This document shows, piece by piece, positions 38,927 through 49,194 of a stretch of 64,000 nt of DNA. Source of the stretch: Gammaproteobacteria bacterium (GTDB lineage: Bacteria; Pseudomonadota; Gammaproteobacteria; DASZBR01); assembly GCA_033763845.1 (NCBI GenBank), contig JANRJR010000076.1, positions 4,022 through 68,021 of the forward strand, in the 5' to 3' direction. Every line of letters starts with the position of its first letter. Position 1 is the stretch's first letter. The notes beneath the pieces were generated by a model that had not been told where the DNA came from, did no database searches, and saw only the letters and a list, made by a program, of their open reading frames with translations. Made by a program: the position numbers and the translations under genes.

Positions 38927-40447
38927 AAAATTTTTGGAATCACTGCGTATTTCGTTTTTTTTATTTTTATCCATTCTCTCAAGTGTCGAATAAATCATTT
39001 TTAACCTGGGATTTTTTTGCAATCTATCTTTGTGTTCTTCGAGAAAATTCCAGTAAAGATAATTAAAGGGGCAGGCTTTTTCGCCTGTTTTTTGCTTTAC
39101 ATCATAATGGCAATTTTGGCAGTAATTCGACATTTTATTGATATACGCTCCGCTGGCGGCATAAGGTTTACTTCCTAAATATCCGCCATCTGCAAATAAA
39201 ATCATGCCTGTAACATTAGGAAGCTCTACCCATTCATATGCATCTGCATATACGATTAGATACCATTCATTTACTTCATCAGGATGGATGCCCGTCAACA
39301 AGGCGAAATTTCCCAACACCATTAAACGCTGAATATGATGAGCATAAGCATGTTGTTTGGTTTGGCTTACGCATTGGTTAATGCAATTCATGTTTGTATT
39401 GGCATCCCAATAAAACCAAGGCAATTTTCGACTAGCATCAAAATAATTTAATTTTTTATATTCGGGCATTTTTAACCAGTACAAACCACGCACATATTCA
39501 CGCCATCCTAAAATTTGGCGGATGAATCCTTCGACAGAATTCAACGAAGCCTTATTTTTATAATAAGCGTTTTGGGCAGCGTTGATACATTCGAGCGGCT
39601 CCAGCAAACCGAGATTGATATAAAAACTGATATGCGAATGATACATCCACGGTTCATCTTGAATCATCGCGTCTTGATAATCCCCAAAATGGGGTAACCG
39701 CGCACGAATAAAATCATCTAGAATTTCTAATGCGTCTTGGCGGGTTACTGCGAAATGAAAGGGTAAAACATCACCGAAATGGTCAGCAAATTTTTGAGAC
39801 ACCGTATCAATAACTTCTTGCGTTATGCTATCAATAGTAATCTGATAGGGTTTAGGAACGTTTAATTTTTTGGTGGGAAATTTCCGATTTTCAGCATCAT
39901 AATTCCATTGCCCTCCCTCCGGCTGATTATCTTTCATCAAGATTTGATATTTCTGACGTAATACGCGATAAAAAAACTCCATGCGAAGCGTCTTATGATT
40001 TTTAGCCCACTCTGCAAACATATCTCGAGATGCCAGAAAACGATCATCCTCAAGAATTTCAAGAGGAATTTTTATCTTTTTTTGAAGTAAGCGTAATTTT
40101 TCTAAAACTCGATACTCTCCCGGCCATGTAATTATTATTTTTGAAAAACTTCTTTTTTTAACAAAACGGGTTATTTCTCCTATTAGGCTTCCAGAATTTT
40201 CTGCGTCATCTAAATAAATATATTCTAATGGATAGCGTTTGTCTCTGAGTTCCTGCGCAAAATGCCGCATCGCAGATAAAATCAGCACCAACTTTTTTTT
40301 ATGGTGCTTAACATAAGTACAGTCTTCGAGTGTTTCGAACATTAATATACAATCCGATGCAGGATCAAAATTCCTTAAGCTGCTGATGTTGGAGCTCAAT
40401 TGGTCGAGGAGAATAATCCTAAGAATACCAGGGTGGCTTCCTATCAT
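38909..40447 (-). CDS. cryptochrome/photolyase-family protein, FeS-BCP / (6-4)-photolyase-like (COG3046)
   Basis: Photolyase FAD-binding helical domain (GWREYVRGLYW..., EWVELPNVTGM) and C-terminal Cys cluster C-x2-C...C-x...C (CINQC, CQNCHYD, CPF), typical of 4Fe-4S bacterial cryptochrome/photolyases. Confidence 0.6.
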   Translation of the reverse strand: MIGSHPGILRIILLDQLSSNISSLRNFDPASDCILMFETLEDCTYVKHHKKKLVLILSAMRHFAQELRDKRYPLEYIYLDDAENSGSLIGEITRFVKKRSFSKIIITWPGEYRVLEKLRLLQKKIKIPLEILEDDRFLASRDMFAEWAKNHKTLRMEFFYRVLRQKYQILMKDNQPEGGQWNYDAENRKFPTKKLNVPKPYQITIDSITQEVIDTVSQKFADHFGDVLPFHFAVTRQDALEILDDFIRARLPHFGDYQDAMIQDEPWMYHSHISFYINLGLLEPLECINAAQNAYYKNKASLNSVEGFIRQILGWREYVRGLYWLKMPEYKKLNYFDASRKLPWFYWDANTNMNCINQCVSQTKQHAYAHHIQRLMVLGNFALLTGIHPDEVNEWYLIVYADAYEWVELPNVTGMILFADGGYLGSKPYAASGAYINKMSNYCQNCHYDVKQKTGEKACPFNYLYWNFLEEHKDRLQKNPRLKMIYSTLERMDKNKKNEIRSDSKNFLSTLE

Positions 40448-41115
40448 GAATTAAACGTCCCCGTCTTCAAAAATCTCGCTGTTAACTCAATCACTTTTTT
40501 ATTCTTTGGGAAAAAAGCATGTGTGCCCTTAACTTCAATATGTTCTTTCATGCCTTCGACTTTAGTTTGTTCCACGGAGACAATGCCGTCGCTTTTTCCC
40601 TTAAATATCCATGTCGACAAAGGACCATACGAAGTAGTACCGGCAATAATACCTAGCTCATAATCAATCGGCGAAAATAAATGTTCAATTGCAGTTTGAT
40701 CTGTAACCACTTGCTGACCTGCAGGGCCAAAAAATTTTTTATACCAAAATCTATTTTTTAAAAAATCGGCTACATTTGTTCCTTGATTCGGCGAAGCTAA
40801 TTGCACTGCCCGACCTAAATTTTTCGGACGATATTTTGGACTTGATAAAAATAAGCGAACCAATAATCCTCCCAACGAAAACCCCACAAAATGAATTTGT
40901 TCATCAGGCGCAATCAAATGCGTAATTTTTTGATGAATAAACTCACATAACCTGTCCACCGCAAAATGCCGAGACGGATAATCCAAGTTGTGAACTTTAT
41001 AACCCTGCGCCTCCAAATAACGCGCAAGCTTCGCCATATGGCGAGCGCTTTTGCCCAATCCATGCAGAATCACAACGTTTTCAGATTTTTCACTTTTTTC
41101 GATGAAATCAGCCAT
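40444..41115 (-). CDS. alpha/beta-fold hydrolase (lipase/esterase-like, GFSLGG nucleophile elbow)
   Basis: VVILHGLG ... HFVGFSLGG motif. Confidence 0.65.
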   Translation of the reverse strand: MADFIEKSEKSENVVILHGLGKSARHMAKLARYLEAQGYKVHNLDYPSRHFAVDRLCEFIHQKITHLIAPDEQIHFVGFSLGGLLVRLFLSSPKYRPKNLGRAVQLASPNQGTNVADFLKNRFWYKKFFGPAGQQVVTDQTAIEHLFSPIDYELGIIAGTTSYGPLSTWIFKGKSDGIVSVEQTKVEGMKEHIEVKGTHAFFPKNKKVIELTARFLKTGTFNS

Positions 41116-41158
41116 CTTTCACATTCCCGAATCAGGTTTTAATTGCTACACTAGCCGG

Positions 41159-41890
41159 ATGTCTAATCATCCCTTATTAAACGTCGCAATCCAAGCTGCC
41201 CGCAAAGCCGGGACCATTATCACGCGCGCCCTCGACAGACTCGAAGGCGTTAAAGTCACACCCAAAGGCCCCAAAGATTTCGCGACGGAAATCGACCATA
41301 AAGCTGAAGCCGAAATTATCCAAATCATTCGCAAAGCACACCCCGAACACTCCATCTTGGGTGAAGAAATGGGCGAACAAAAAGGCTCTGATGATACGCT
41401 ATGGATTATCGATCCTTTAGACGGTACTACTAATTTTTACCACGGCTTTCCACATTTTTGTGTGTCGATTGCAGTGATACAAAAAGGCCGCATCGAACAT
41501 GCTGTAATTTACGATCCACTTCGCCAAGAATTATTTACGGCATCGTACGGCCAAGGCGCAAAATTAAATCAATATCGAATTCGCGTTAGCAACTGCATCT
41601 CGATGACAAATGCATTGGTCGCCGCAAGTGCACCGTGCAACGCTGCATTTGCCACACGCAACATGGGATCAATGGCATTGGATTTAGCATATATCGCCGC
41701 AGGAAGACTCGATGGTTATTACAACATGGGCGCAAAACCGTGGGATATTGCAGCAGGATGTTTACTCGTTACCGAAGCCGGTGGATTAATTCAAGAACCC
41801 AATGGAAAAGCGGATTATTTACAATCCGGAAATTTAGTTGCAGCTAATCCGAAATTGATGGGCGAGTTACTTAAGGCCTATCATCCATAA
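41159..41890 (+). CDS. suhB: inositol monophosphatase family protein
   Basis: EEMGE ... WIIDPLDGTTNF ... WDIAAG motifs. Start is trimmed to ATG 41159 (MSNHPLLNVAIQAARKAG). Confidence 0.85.
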   Translation: MSNHPLLNVAIQAARKAGTIITRALDRLEGVKVTPKGPKDFATEIDHKAEAEIIQIIRKAHPEHSILGEEMGEQKGSDDTLWIIDPLDGTTNFYHGFPHFCVSIAVIQKGRIEHAVIYDPLRQELFTASYGQGAKLNQYRIRVSNCISMTNALVAASAPCNAAFATRNMGSMALDLAYIAAGRLDGYYNMGAKPWDIAAGCLLVTEAGGLIQEPNGKADYLQSGNLVAANPKLMGELLKAYHP

Positions 41891-42788
41891 CTTCTTTCGG
41901 CGTAGGCAACAAGTCTTCGCGATCTAATCCTAACGCAACTGACAAGGCACCTGCGACATAAATTGACGAATACGTTCCTACGATAATACCAATCATCATC
42001 GCAAGGGCAAATCCATGAATCATGCTTCCGCCGTAAATAAATAAGGCCAGCACAACAACCAATGTCGTTGCCGATGTCATGATCGTTCGAGACAATGTTT
42101 GATTAATCGATAAATTCACCACCTCAATAGGCGTGCCCTTTCGAATCTTTCGAAAATTTTCACGGATCCGGTCAAAAATAACGATGGTGTCATTCAACGA
42201 ATATCCGATTACCGCTAATACTGCAGCTAATACAGTTAAATTAAACTCCCAATGAAAAAATGAAAATAACCCTAAAATTAAAACGGGATCGTGAATCAAC
42301 GCGACAGCTGAACCAATCGCAAAACGATATTCAAATCGAATGGCAATATAAATCATAGTACCTAACAACGCGACTAATATGGCTAAAAATCCTTTCGTTT
42401 CCATTTCTTTTCCAACTTGTGGACCGACATATTCCATACGCTCAATGGTCGCACCCGTTAATGCCGATGTTAATGTCGATTTAATTTGTTGCTGAGTTAG
42501 ATTGGCATGTGGCGCAATACTGATTAAGGCTTGTTTTGACGTCCCATAACTTTGAACAATGGCCTCTTGAAAACCCGCCTGATTTAATTGTTGACGCACT
42601 TGAATTAAATTCGCAGGCTGAGGATACGAAATTTGAATTTGCGTACCGCCCGTAAAATCCAACCCCCAATTTAAACCCTTTGTAAACAAAGACAACAAGG
42701 CACAGGAAAATAAAATAATCGACAATAATGCTGTCCACTTTCGTAGACCCATAAAATCAATTTCAGTTTTCTTTTTGAAAAATTCCAT
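41871..42788 (-). CDS. secF: protein translocase subunit SecF
   Basis: 305 aa, 6 TM. secD-secF synteny. Confidence 0.9.
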   Translation of the reverse strand: MEFFKKKTEIDFMGLRKWTALLSIILFSCALLSLFTKGLNWGLDFTGGTQIQISYPQPANLIQVRQQLNQAGFQEAIVQSYGTSKQALISIAPHANLTQQQIKSTLTSALTGATIERMEYVGPQVGKEMETKGFLAILVALLGTMIYIAIRFEYRFAIGSAVALIHDPVLILGLFSFFHWEFNLTVLAAVLAVIGYSLNDTIVIFDRIRENFRKIRKGTPIEVVNLSINQTLSRTIMTSATTLVVVLALFIYGGSMIHGFALAMMIGIIVGTYSSIYVAGALSVALGLDREDLLPTPKEVMDDRP

Positions 42789-42792
42789 CGCA

Positions 42793-44649
42793 CTAAATTC
42801 CTATCGAAAGTTTCTGAACCGTTCGAGAACCATAAATCGCATTGACCATGGCGCGTGTAAACATAATGCCTGTAATCATAGACGTTAATACACCCAACGT
42901 TAGTGTTACCGCAAAACCTTTTACAGCATCTGTTCCAATACCAAATAAAACCATCGCAACAATTAATGTTGTTACGTTTGCATCTACAATCGTCACAAAC
43001 GCACGTTCATAACCATGAAGGATACTAGCTTGCGGAGACACACCATTTCGTAATTCTTCACGAATACGCTCAAAAATTAACACGTTTGCGTCAACCGCCA
43101 AACCAACGGTTAACACAATACCCGCCATTCCCGGCAATGTTAAAGTCATCCCCAACAATGATAGTAGTGAGACAAGCAAGACTAAATTTAGTAATAATCC
43201 AATATCCGCAATAACGCCAAACACTTGATAATAAAGCGCCATAAAAACGATAATGATGCCCATCGCCACTTCAATCGACAACACACCCTTATGAATATTT
43301 TCTTGTCCTAATGTTGGACCGACGGTTCGTTCTTCTTCATAATTAATAGCAGCAGGCAGCGCTCCCGCACGAAGTAGCAGTGCTAAATTCTTCGCTTCAC
43401 GTGATGAGCCCAACCCGGTGACTTGGAAATTATTTCCTAATGCGCTTTGAATTGTCGCGATATTAATAATCTTTTCGGTTTTTTTCGGCACCTTTGTCGG
43501 CTTACCATTCACCATTTGTGTATCAAATGTCGTTTCAATAAATACAGTCGCCATCGGATTACCAATATTTTGTGCAGTCGTGCGATTAAATAATCCTTCC
43601 CCACCGCCTCCTAAATGAATATTAACCGACGGTCGACCTGAATCGTCAAAACTAGAAGAAGCATCTGTAATGGATGACCCCGTTAATAATACTTGGTTAT
43701 TTAACAAAACCGTCCTACCTTCGAACTGATACGCTGTTGTTCCAGGAGGCGCAAATCCACCTGGGCCCATAGACGCTACACGCGCAGTATCTACCATGCG
43801 AAATTCCACAGTAGCAGTACCACCTAAAATATCTTTTGCATGAGCAGTATCTTGAATACCCGGAAGATCGACAGAAACTCTGTCGTTACCTTGTTGTTGG
43901 ACAATCGCTTCACTCACACCTAATTCATTCACACGATTACGCAACGTTGTCATGGTTTGATCAAGGGTATTTTCACGGACTTTCTGCAATCCCATTTGAT
44001 TTAAGGCTGCAGAAAGAGACAACACATTTCCCGCTGAAGTATCTGTCACGGTTAAATCAGGGAATTCATCGCGCATGTAACTTAACGCGGCATCTTTTTG
44101 ATCCGCTTCACGAAACGTTAATAAAATACTGTTATCGTTTTGCAAAACAATATTGGAATATCGGATACGTTTATCACGTAAATCAGCGGTAATATTAGTA
44201 ATCACCCCTTGTTGTCGATGCGAAATAACAGAATCCACATCAACGTTTAATAAGAAGTGTACCCCGCCACGCAAATCCAATCCCAACTTCATGGGTGTTG
44301 CACCAATAGCGGTTAACCATGCGGGTGTTGCCGGCGCTAAACTTAATGCAACCGTATAATCATCGCCGAGTGTCGCTTTAATATAATCACTGGCTTTTAA
44401 TTGTGTATCCGTATCATTAAATCGCACTAAAATATTTTGACTATCTAAACTAGCCGATTTATAAACCAATTTTTGCTCGCTTAATACGTTTTCGATTTGT
44501 GTTAAAACACTGGAATTTATTAACGCACCATGTTTGCCAGAAATCTGTACAGACGCATCTTCGCCAAATAAATTAGGCGATGCGTAAATCATTCCGAGAA
44601 TAACTATCACACACAATAAAATATTTTTCCAAAGGGGATAGCGGTTCAT
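42793..44649 (-). CDS. secD: protein translocase subunit SecD
   Basis: 618 aa with a large periplasmic loop. yajC-secD-secF order. Confidence 0.9.
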   Translation of the reverse strand: MNRYPLWKNILLCVIVILGMIYASPNLFGEDASVQISGKHGALINSSVLTQIENVLSEQKLVYKSASLDSQNILVRFNDTDTQLKASDYIKATLGDDYTVALSLAPATPAWLTAIGATPMKLGLDLRGGVHFLLNVDVDSVISHRQQGVITNITADLRDKRIRYSNIVLQNDNSILLTFREADQKDAALSYMRDEFPDLTVTDTSAGNVLSLSAALNQMGLQKVRENTLDQTMTTLRNRVNELGVSEAIVQQQGNDRVSVDLPGIQDTAHAKDILGGTATVEFRMVDTARVASMGPGGFAPPGTTAYQFEGRTVLLNNQVLLTGSSITDASSSFDDSGRPSVNIHLGGGGEGLFNRTTAQNIGNPMATVFIETTFDTQMVNGKPTKVPKKTEKIINIATIQSALGNNFQVTGLGSSREAKNLALLLRAGALPAAINYEEERTVGPTLGQENIHKGVLSIEVAMGIIIVFMALYYQVFGVIADIGLLLNLVLLVSLLSLLGMTLTLPGMAGIVLTVGLAVDANVLIFERIREELRNGVSPQASILHGYERAFVTIVDANVTTLIVAMVLFGIGTDAVKGFAVTLTLGVLTSMITGIMFTRAMVNAIYGSRTVQKLSIGI

Positions 44650-44906
44650 TTCAACGTTCCCTTAGGAATAGTGGCGGTGACAGAATCTCTTTGAATGGAA
44701 ATATCTACATTCGGAGAAATAGTAAGGGTAATAAAATCATCTTCGATTTTCGCAATTTTGCCCAACAGCCCACCAACGGTAATAATTTCATCGCCTTTCT
44801 GAAGACCGTTCATTAATTCACGATGGTTTTTAGAACGACGATATTGCGGATACCACAATAATAAATAAAACACACCGACTAACAGTGTTAATGTCACAAT
44901 ACCCAT
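44646..44906 (-). CDS. yajC: preprotein translocase subunit YajC
   Basis: 86 aa with a single TM and a conserved GDEIITVGGLLGKI motif. Confidence 0.85.
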   Translation of the reverse strand: MGIVTLTLLVGVFYLLLWYPQYRRSKNHRELMNGLQKGDEIITVGGLLGKIAKIEDDFITLTISPNVDISIQRDSVTATIPKGTLK

Positions 44907-44937
44907 TATATGATCCTCTGTAATTTAACCTATGAAT

Positions 44938-46101
44938 TTACCACCATTTCTGCAATCGTTCCATCGCTTTATGCAACAATTCTTCTGATGTGGCATACGC
45001 AATTCTAAAGCCTTTTCCAGATCCAAATGCACTCCCCGGCACAACCACAACGCCCGCTTCAACTAATAATGCTTCGCATAATTCTATATCATTTTTATAA
45101 TTTTTCATGGCTTTAGAAATATCAGGGAAACTATAAAACGTCCCGGTTGCGGGCAAAACAGTAATATTTTTAATTTTAGACAACCCTTCAAAAACAATTT
45201 GATGTCGGCGTTTATATGCCGCTGTCATTTCATGCACACATGTTTGATCACCATTCAATGCAGCAACGGCTGCATATTGCGCAATTGAATTGGGATTTGA
45301 AGTTGATTGCGACTGAATATTATTCATGGCTGTAATAATTTCCGCTGGTCCTGCGGCATAACCAATTCGCCATCCTGTCATTGCATAAGACTTTGCCACA
45401 CCGTGACATATAACCGTTCGTGACTTTAATTCTGGACACGCCATGACGATATTACAGAATTTTTCACCCCAAATAATATGCTCATACATATCATCGCTGA
45501 GAATATAAATATTCGGATATTTTAATAATATCTCAGCTAGTTTTTCTAATTCTTTGCGGGAATAACAAATTCCAGTGGGATTTGATGGGCTATTTAAAAT
45601 TAATAATTTTGTTTTGGGCGTAATCGCTTTAGATAATTGTTCCGGCGTAATTTTAAAGTGTTGTTCAGATGTTGTTTCGATAAAAACATTCTTACCATCA
45701 GCTAATAAAACCATATCGGGATAAGAAACCCAATACGGCGCCGGAATAATCACTTCGTCGCCTGCGCTAATTAATGCTTGGATTGTGTTGTACACAGACT
45801 GCTTGCATCCCGCACCGGCACTGATTTCTTTAGGCAGATAATTTAATTGGTTATCACGTTCGAATTTATGAATAACAGCCTGTTTTAATTCGGCAATACC
45901 ATCCACGGGGGTATATTTGGTATAGCCTTTTTTGAGTGCGTCGCGTGCAGCTTCTTTGATAAATTCAGGCGTATCAAAATCCGGTTCACCGACAGTCAAA
46001 TTAATCAAATCTTTGCCTTCGGCTTGTAATTGTTTTGCACGATTTCCAATTGCCATGGTTGGGGAGGGTTTGATTTTTTGAGCACGCAGCGAAAGAGTCA
46101 T
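44938..46101 (-). CDS. class I/II PLP-dependent aminotransferase (aspartate aminotransferase-like)
   Basis: [12 protein letters not shown]-terminal motif and [11 protein letters not shown] lysine region. Confidence 0.75.
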   Translation of the reverse strand: MTLSLRAQKIKPSPTMAIGNRAKQLQAEGKDLINLTVGEPDFDTPEFIKEAARDALKKGYTKYTPVDGIAELKQAVIHKFERDNQLNYLPKEISAGAGCKQSVYNTIQALISAGDEVIIPAPYWVSYPDMVLLADGKNVFIETTSEQHFKITPEQLSKAITPKTKLLILNSPSNPTGICYSRKELEKLAEILLKYPNIYILSDDMYEHIIWGEKFCNIVMACPELKSRTVICHGVAKSYAMTGWRIGYAAGPAEIITAMNNIQSQSTSNPNSIAQYAAVAALNGDQTCVHEMTAAYKRRHQIVFEGLSKIKNITVLPATGTFYSFPDISKAMKNYKNDIELCEALLVEAGVVVVPGSAFGSGKGFRIAYATSEELLHKAMERLQKWW

Positions 46102-46158
46102 GGTCCTATCCTCATAATTACAGCCAAACGTGTATTCTACATGATATTATTCTGCCTT

Positions 46159-48105
46159 ATGAAGAAATTTGTCATTGAATCCCCTTTCAAACCAACAGGC
46201 GATCAACCCTATGCTATTAAAGGTCTCGTCGAAGGACTTGATGCTGGCTTAGCACATCAAACACTACTGGGCGTCACCGGCTCAGGGAAGACGTTCACTT
46301 GCGCCCATGTAATCCAAGAAATCCAACGCCCCGCTATTGTTTTAGCCCCCAATAAAACATTGGCCGCCCAGTTGTATGGCGAAATGAAAGCCTTTTTTCC
46401 CAAGAATGCGGTTGAGTACTTTGTGTCTTACTATGACTACTATCAACCCGAAGCGTATGTTCCTGCGTCCGACACGTTCATTGAAAAAGACGCGTCGATT
46501 AATGAACAAATCGAACAAATGAGATTATCTGCAACTAAAAATCTGATGGAACGCAAAGATGTCATTATTGTTGCAACGGTTTCTGCAATTTACGGTTTGG
46601 GTGATCCGCAATCATATTTGGGAATGATTTTAATTTTAAAAAAAGGCGATATTGTTAATCAACGCCAAATTTTACTCAGGCTCGCTGAATTACAGTACAC
46701 GCGCAATGAAATCAGTTTTGACCGCGGAACATATAGAGTACGCGGCGATGTAATAGATATTTATCCTATTGAAGCAGACAGCGATGCGGTCAGGATAGAA
46801 TTATTTGGTGATGAGATTGATAATTTAAGTTTTTTTAATCCACTTACAGGTGAGATCACTTCTCGTATCGCGCGTTATACCCTTTACCCGAAAACGCATT
46901 ACGTAACACCCCGAGAAAAAATATTAGATGCAATTGATAAAATTAAAATAGAACTTGCAGATAGATTAGACTATTTTTACAAAGAAAATAAATTACTTGA
47001 AGCACAGCGTCTCAAAGAACGCACAACCTACGACATCGAAATGATGTATGAGTTAGGTTACTGCTCAGGCATTGAAAATTATTCACGGTATTTATCTGGT
47101 CGAAATATTGGCGAACCGCCTCCAACCCTATTTGAATATTTACCCAAAGATGCCGTGTTATTTATTGATGAATCTCACGTCACGGTTCCGCAATTAGGCG
47201 GCATGTATCGCGGCGATAGAGCACGCAAAGAAAATTTAGTGAATTATGGTTTTAGATTACCGTGTGCATTAGATAACAGGCCGTTAAAATTTGAAGAATT
47301 TTTAAATTTATCTCCCCAGACTGTATATATTTCCGCTACTCCCGGCTCATATGAATTACAGCATTCGGGTGCAATTATAGAACAGGTAGTACGTCCAACG
47401 GGACTGGTCGATCCGCAAGTCGAAATTCGACCGGTGTCGACTCAAGTCGAAGATTTATTAGGCGAAATTAAATCTCGCGTTGAAAAAAACGAGCGCGTTT
47501 TGGTTACAACCCTCACCAAACGATTGTCCGAAGATCTGACAGACTACTTGCAAAGCAAAAAAATTAACGTCAAATATTTGCACTCAGATATCGATACCGT
47601 AGAAAGAATGGAAATCATTCGCGATTTACGCAAAGGTAAATGCGATGTTTTAGTGGGAATTAATTTACTTCGAGAAGGTCTAGATTTACCTGAAGTTTCT
47701 TTAGTTGCTATTTTAGATGCTGACAAAGAAGGTTTTTTACGATCAGAAAGATCGCTTATACAAACCATAGGCCGAGCTGCTCGAAACATCAACGGCAAAG
47801 CTATTTTATATGCAGATAAAATTACTGACTCGATGAAGCGCGCAATAAGCGAAACAGACAGACGACGCAAAAAGCAAGTGGATTACAATACTTCTCACGG
47901 AATTACCCCAAAAAGTATCAAGAAAGCCATTCATGATATTTTAGAGGCTGCGCCCAGCATACTTCCTCAAAGTAAAAAGTTTTTATCAGACGGAAAGACC
48001 ATTAAAGAACTAGAAGCCGAAATGCATTTTTATGCACAGAATTTGGAATTCGAGAAAGCCGCCGAGCTGAGGGATGAAATAAGGGTGATGAAGCAGAAAA
48101 AATAG
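46159..48105 (+). CDS. uvrB: excinuclease ABC subunit B
   Basis: FKPTGDQP N-terminus, GVTGSGKT Walker A, and C-terminal UVR domain ([11 protein letters not shown]). Start is trimmed to ATG 46159 to avoid overlap with the convergent upstream gene. Confidence 0.9.
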   Translation: MKKFVIESPFKPTGDQPYAIKGLVEGLDAGLAHQTLLGVTGSGKTFTCAHVIQEIQRPAIVLAPNKTLAAQLYGEMKAFFPKNAVEYFVSYYDYYQPEAYVPASDTFIEKDASINEQIEQMRLSATKNLMERKDVIIVATVSAIYGLGDPQSYLGMILILKKGDIVNQRQILLRLAELQYTRNEISFDRGTYRVRGDVIDIYPIEADSDAVRIELFGDEIDNLSFFNPLTGEITSRIARYTLYPKTHYVTPREKILDAIDKIKIELADRLDYFYKENKLLEAQRLKERTTYDIEMMYELGYCSGIENYSRYLSGRNIGEPPPTLFEYLPKDAVLFIDESHVTVPQLGGMYRGDRARKENLVNYGFRLPCALDNRPLKFEEFLNLSPQTVYISATPGSYELQHSGAIIEQVVRPTGLVDPQVEIRPVSTQVEDLLGEIKSRVEKNERVLVTTLTKRLSEDLTDYLQSKKINVKYLHSDIDTVERMEIIRDLRKGKCDVLVGINLLREGLDLPEVSLVAILDADKEGFLRSERSLIQTIGRAARNINGKAILYADKITDSMKRAISETDRRRKKQVDYNTSHGITPKSIKKAIHDILEAAPSILPQSKKFLSDGKTIKELEAEMHFYAQNLEFEKAAELRDEIRVMKQKK

Positions 48106-48123
48106 GCGGATCAGTGATCCGCC
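48105..48123. terminator. perfect 8-bp hairpin GGCGGATC-AGT-GATCCGCC at the uvrB stop, between convergent genes
   Basis: Seen directly. There is no strong U-tract, so if it functions it may be a bidirectional or Rho-assisted terminator. Confidence 0.35.
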
Positions 48124-48125
48124 TT

Positions 48126-48151
48126 AGATCCTTCGCTACGCTCAGGATGAC
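48126..48151 (-). repeat. 26-nt dispersed repeat, copy A (AGATCCTTCGCTACGCTCAGGATGAC); inverted copy of the element at ~62.54 kb
   Basis: 25 of 26 identical to the reverse complement of GTCATCCTGAGCGCAGCGAAGGATCT upstream of lptD. Confidence 0.6.
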
Positions 48152-48162
48152 ACAAAATAATT

Positions 48163-48369
48163 TTATTTACCCGGCTTATCCGCGTCTAATTTGAAACGCT
48201 CAATAAGATCAACAACACCGCAATAACTGATCACGGCTTCAACAATCAAAAGAATTCCGACTAACATTACTAATACAGGGCTAATCATTGCAGCAACGAT
48301 TAATAAACCACCTAAAATACCACGCACCATACGATCACGCTTGTTAATGTTTGTTGGCAGATTGAACAT
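48163..48369 (-). CDS. small membrane protein, DUF2892/YgaP-like
   Basis: 68 aa with a DR-x-x-R-x-x-x-G motif and two TM helices. Confidence 0.45.
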   Translation of the reverse strand: MFNLPTNINKRDRMVRGILGGLLIVAAMISPVLVMLVGILLIVEAVISYCGVVDLIERFKLDADKPGK

Positions 48370-48411
48370 AATGTCTCCTTCACTCCCTGTTAGAACAGCC
48401 GTAAAGATACC

Positions 48412-48738
48412 CTAGAGTAAACCCAATTGCAATTTCGCCGCATCCGACATTCTGTCTTGTGTCCACGGCGGATCCCACACCAATTCGACTTTTGCATCAT
48501 TTACACCCAACACACTTTTAACGGCGTCTTCTACTGTACCCGGAAATGTTTGTGCCACCGGACATCCGGGCGCCGTTAACGTCATTTTGACATCGACATT
48601 TCCCAACGTATCCACTTCCACGCCGTAAATTAAACCCAAATCATAAATATTTACAGGAATCTCAGGATCGTAAATAGTTTTTAGCATCGCAATGATGTCA
48701 TCATGAATCTTGGCGATTTCTTTTTTGCCGTACGTCAT
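48412..48738 (-). CDS. sufT: Fe-S assembly protein SufT-like (DUF59/MIP18 family)
   Basis: IYDPEIPVNIYDLGLIY ... TAPGCP signature. Lies downstream of the suf operon. Confidence 0.65.
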   Translation of the reverse strand: MTYGKKEIAKIHDDIIAMLKTIYDPEIPVNIYDLGLIYGVEVDTLGNVDVKMTLTAPGCPVAQTFPGTVEDAVKSVLGVNDAKVELVWDPPWTQDRMSDAAKLQLGLL

Positions 48739-48744
48739 TCAAAA

Positions 48745-49194
48745 CTACTCCGTGGTCACTGAACCTTTATCTTGTTGAAGCGCTGCTTCTAAAGCATGCC
48801 ACGCTAACGTCGCGCATTTTACGCGCATAGGATATTCACGCACGCCCGCCAAAACTTTTAATTTACCTATTTCATGATCCGAGCTAACCGCAGGCGCCGT
48901 CATAAGCTCATGAAACAAGTGAAAAGCTTTTTCAGCGTCTTCAACTGTCTTTCCCATGAGAAATTCTGTCATTAACGACGCAGATGCTGTAGAAATCGCA
49001 CACCCCGCACCTTCAAAGCTAATTTTATTAATTATATTATTTTTAATGTCGAGATAAAGCTTAACCTTGTCACCACATAACGGATTAAATCCTTCCGCTT
49101 CATGCGTGCAGTTTTCTAATTTGCAAAAATTCCGTGGTTTACGGTTATGATCAATAATCACTTCTTGATAAAGCTCGCGTAAATCAGACATCAA
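48745..49194 (-). CDS. sufU: SUF system scaffold/sulfurtransferase, SufU/IscU-like (NifU N-domain)
   Basis: Conserved Cys in LCGDKVKLYL, GAGCAIS, and C-terminal KCATLAW. Confidence 0.7.
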   Translation of the reverse strand: MMSDLRELYQEVIIDHNRKPRNFCKLENCTHEAEGFNPLCGDKVKLYLDIKNNIINKISFEGAGCAISTASASLMTEFLMGKTVEDAEKAFHLFHELMTAPAVSSDHEIGKLKVLAGVREYPMRVKCATLAWHALEAALQQDKGSVTTE

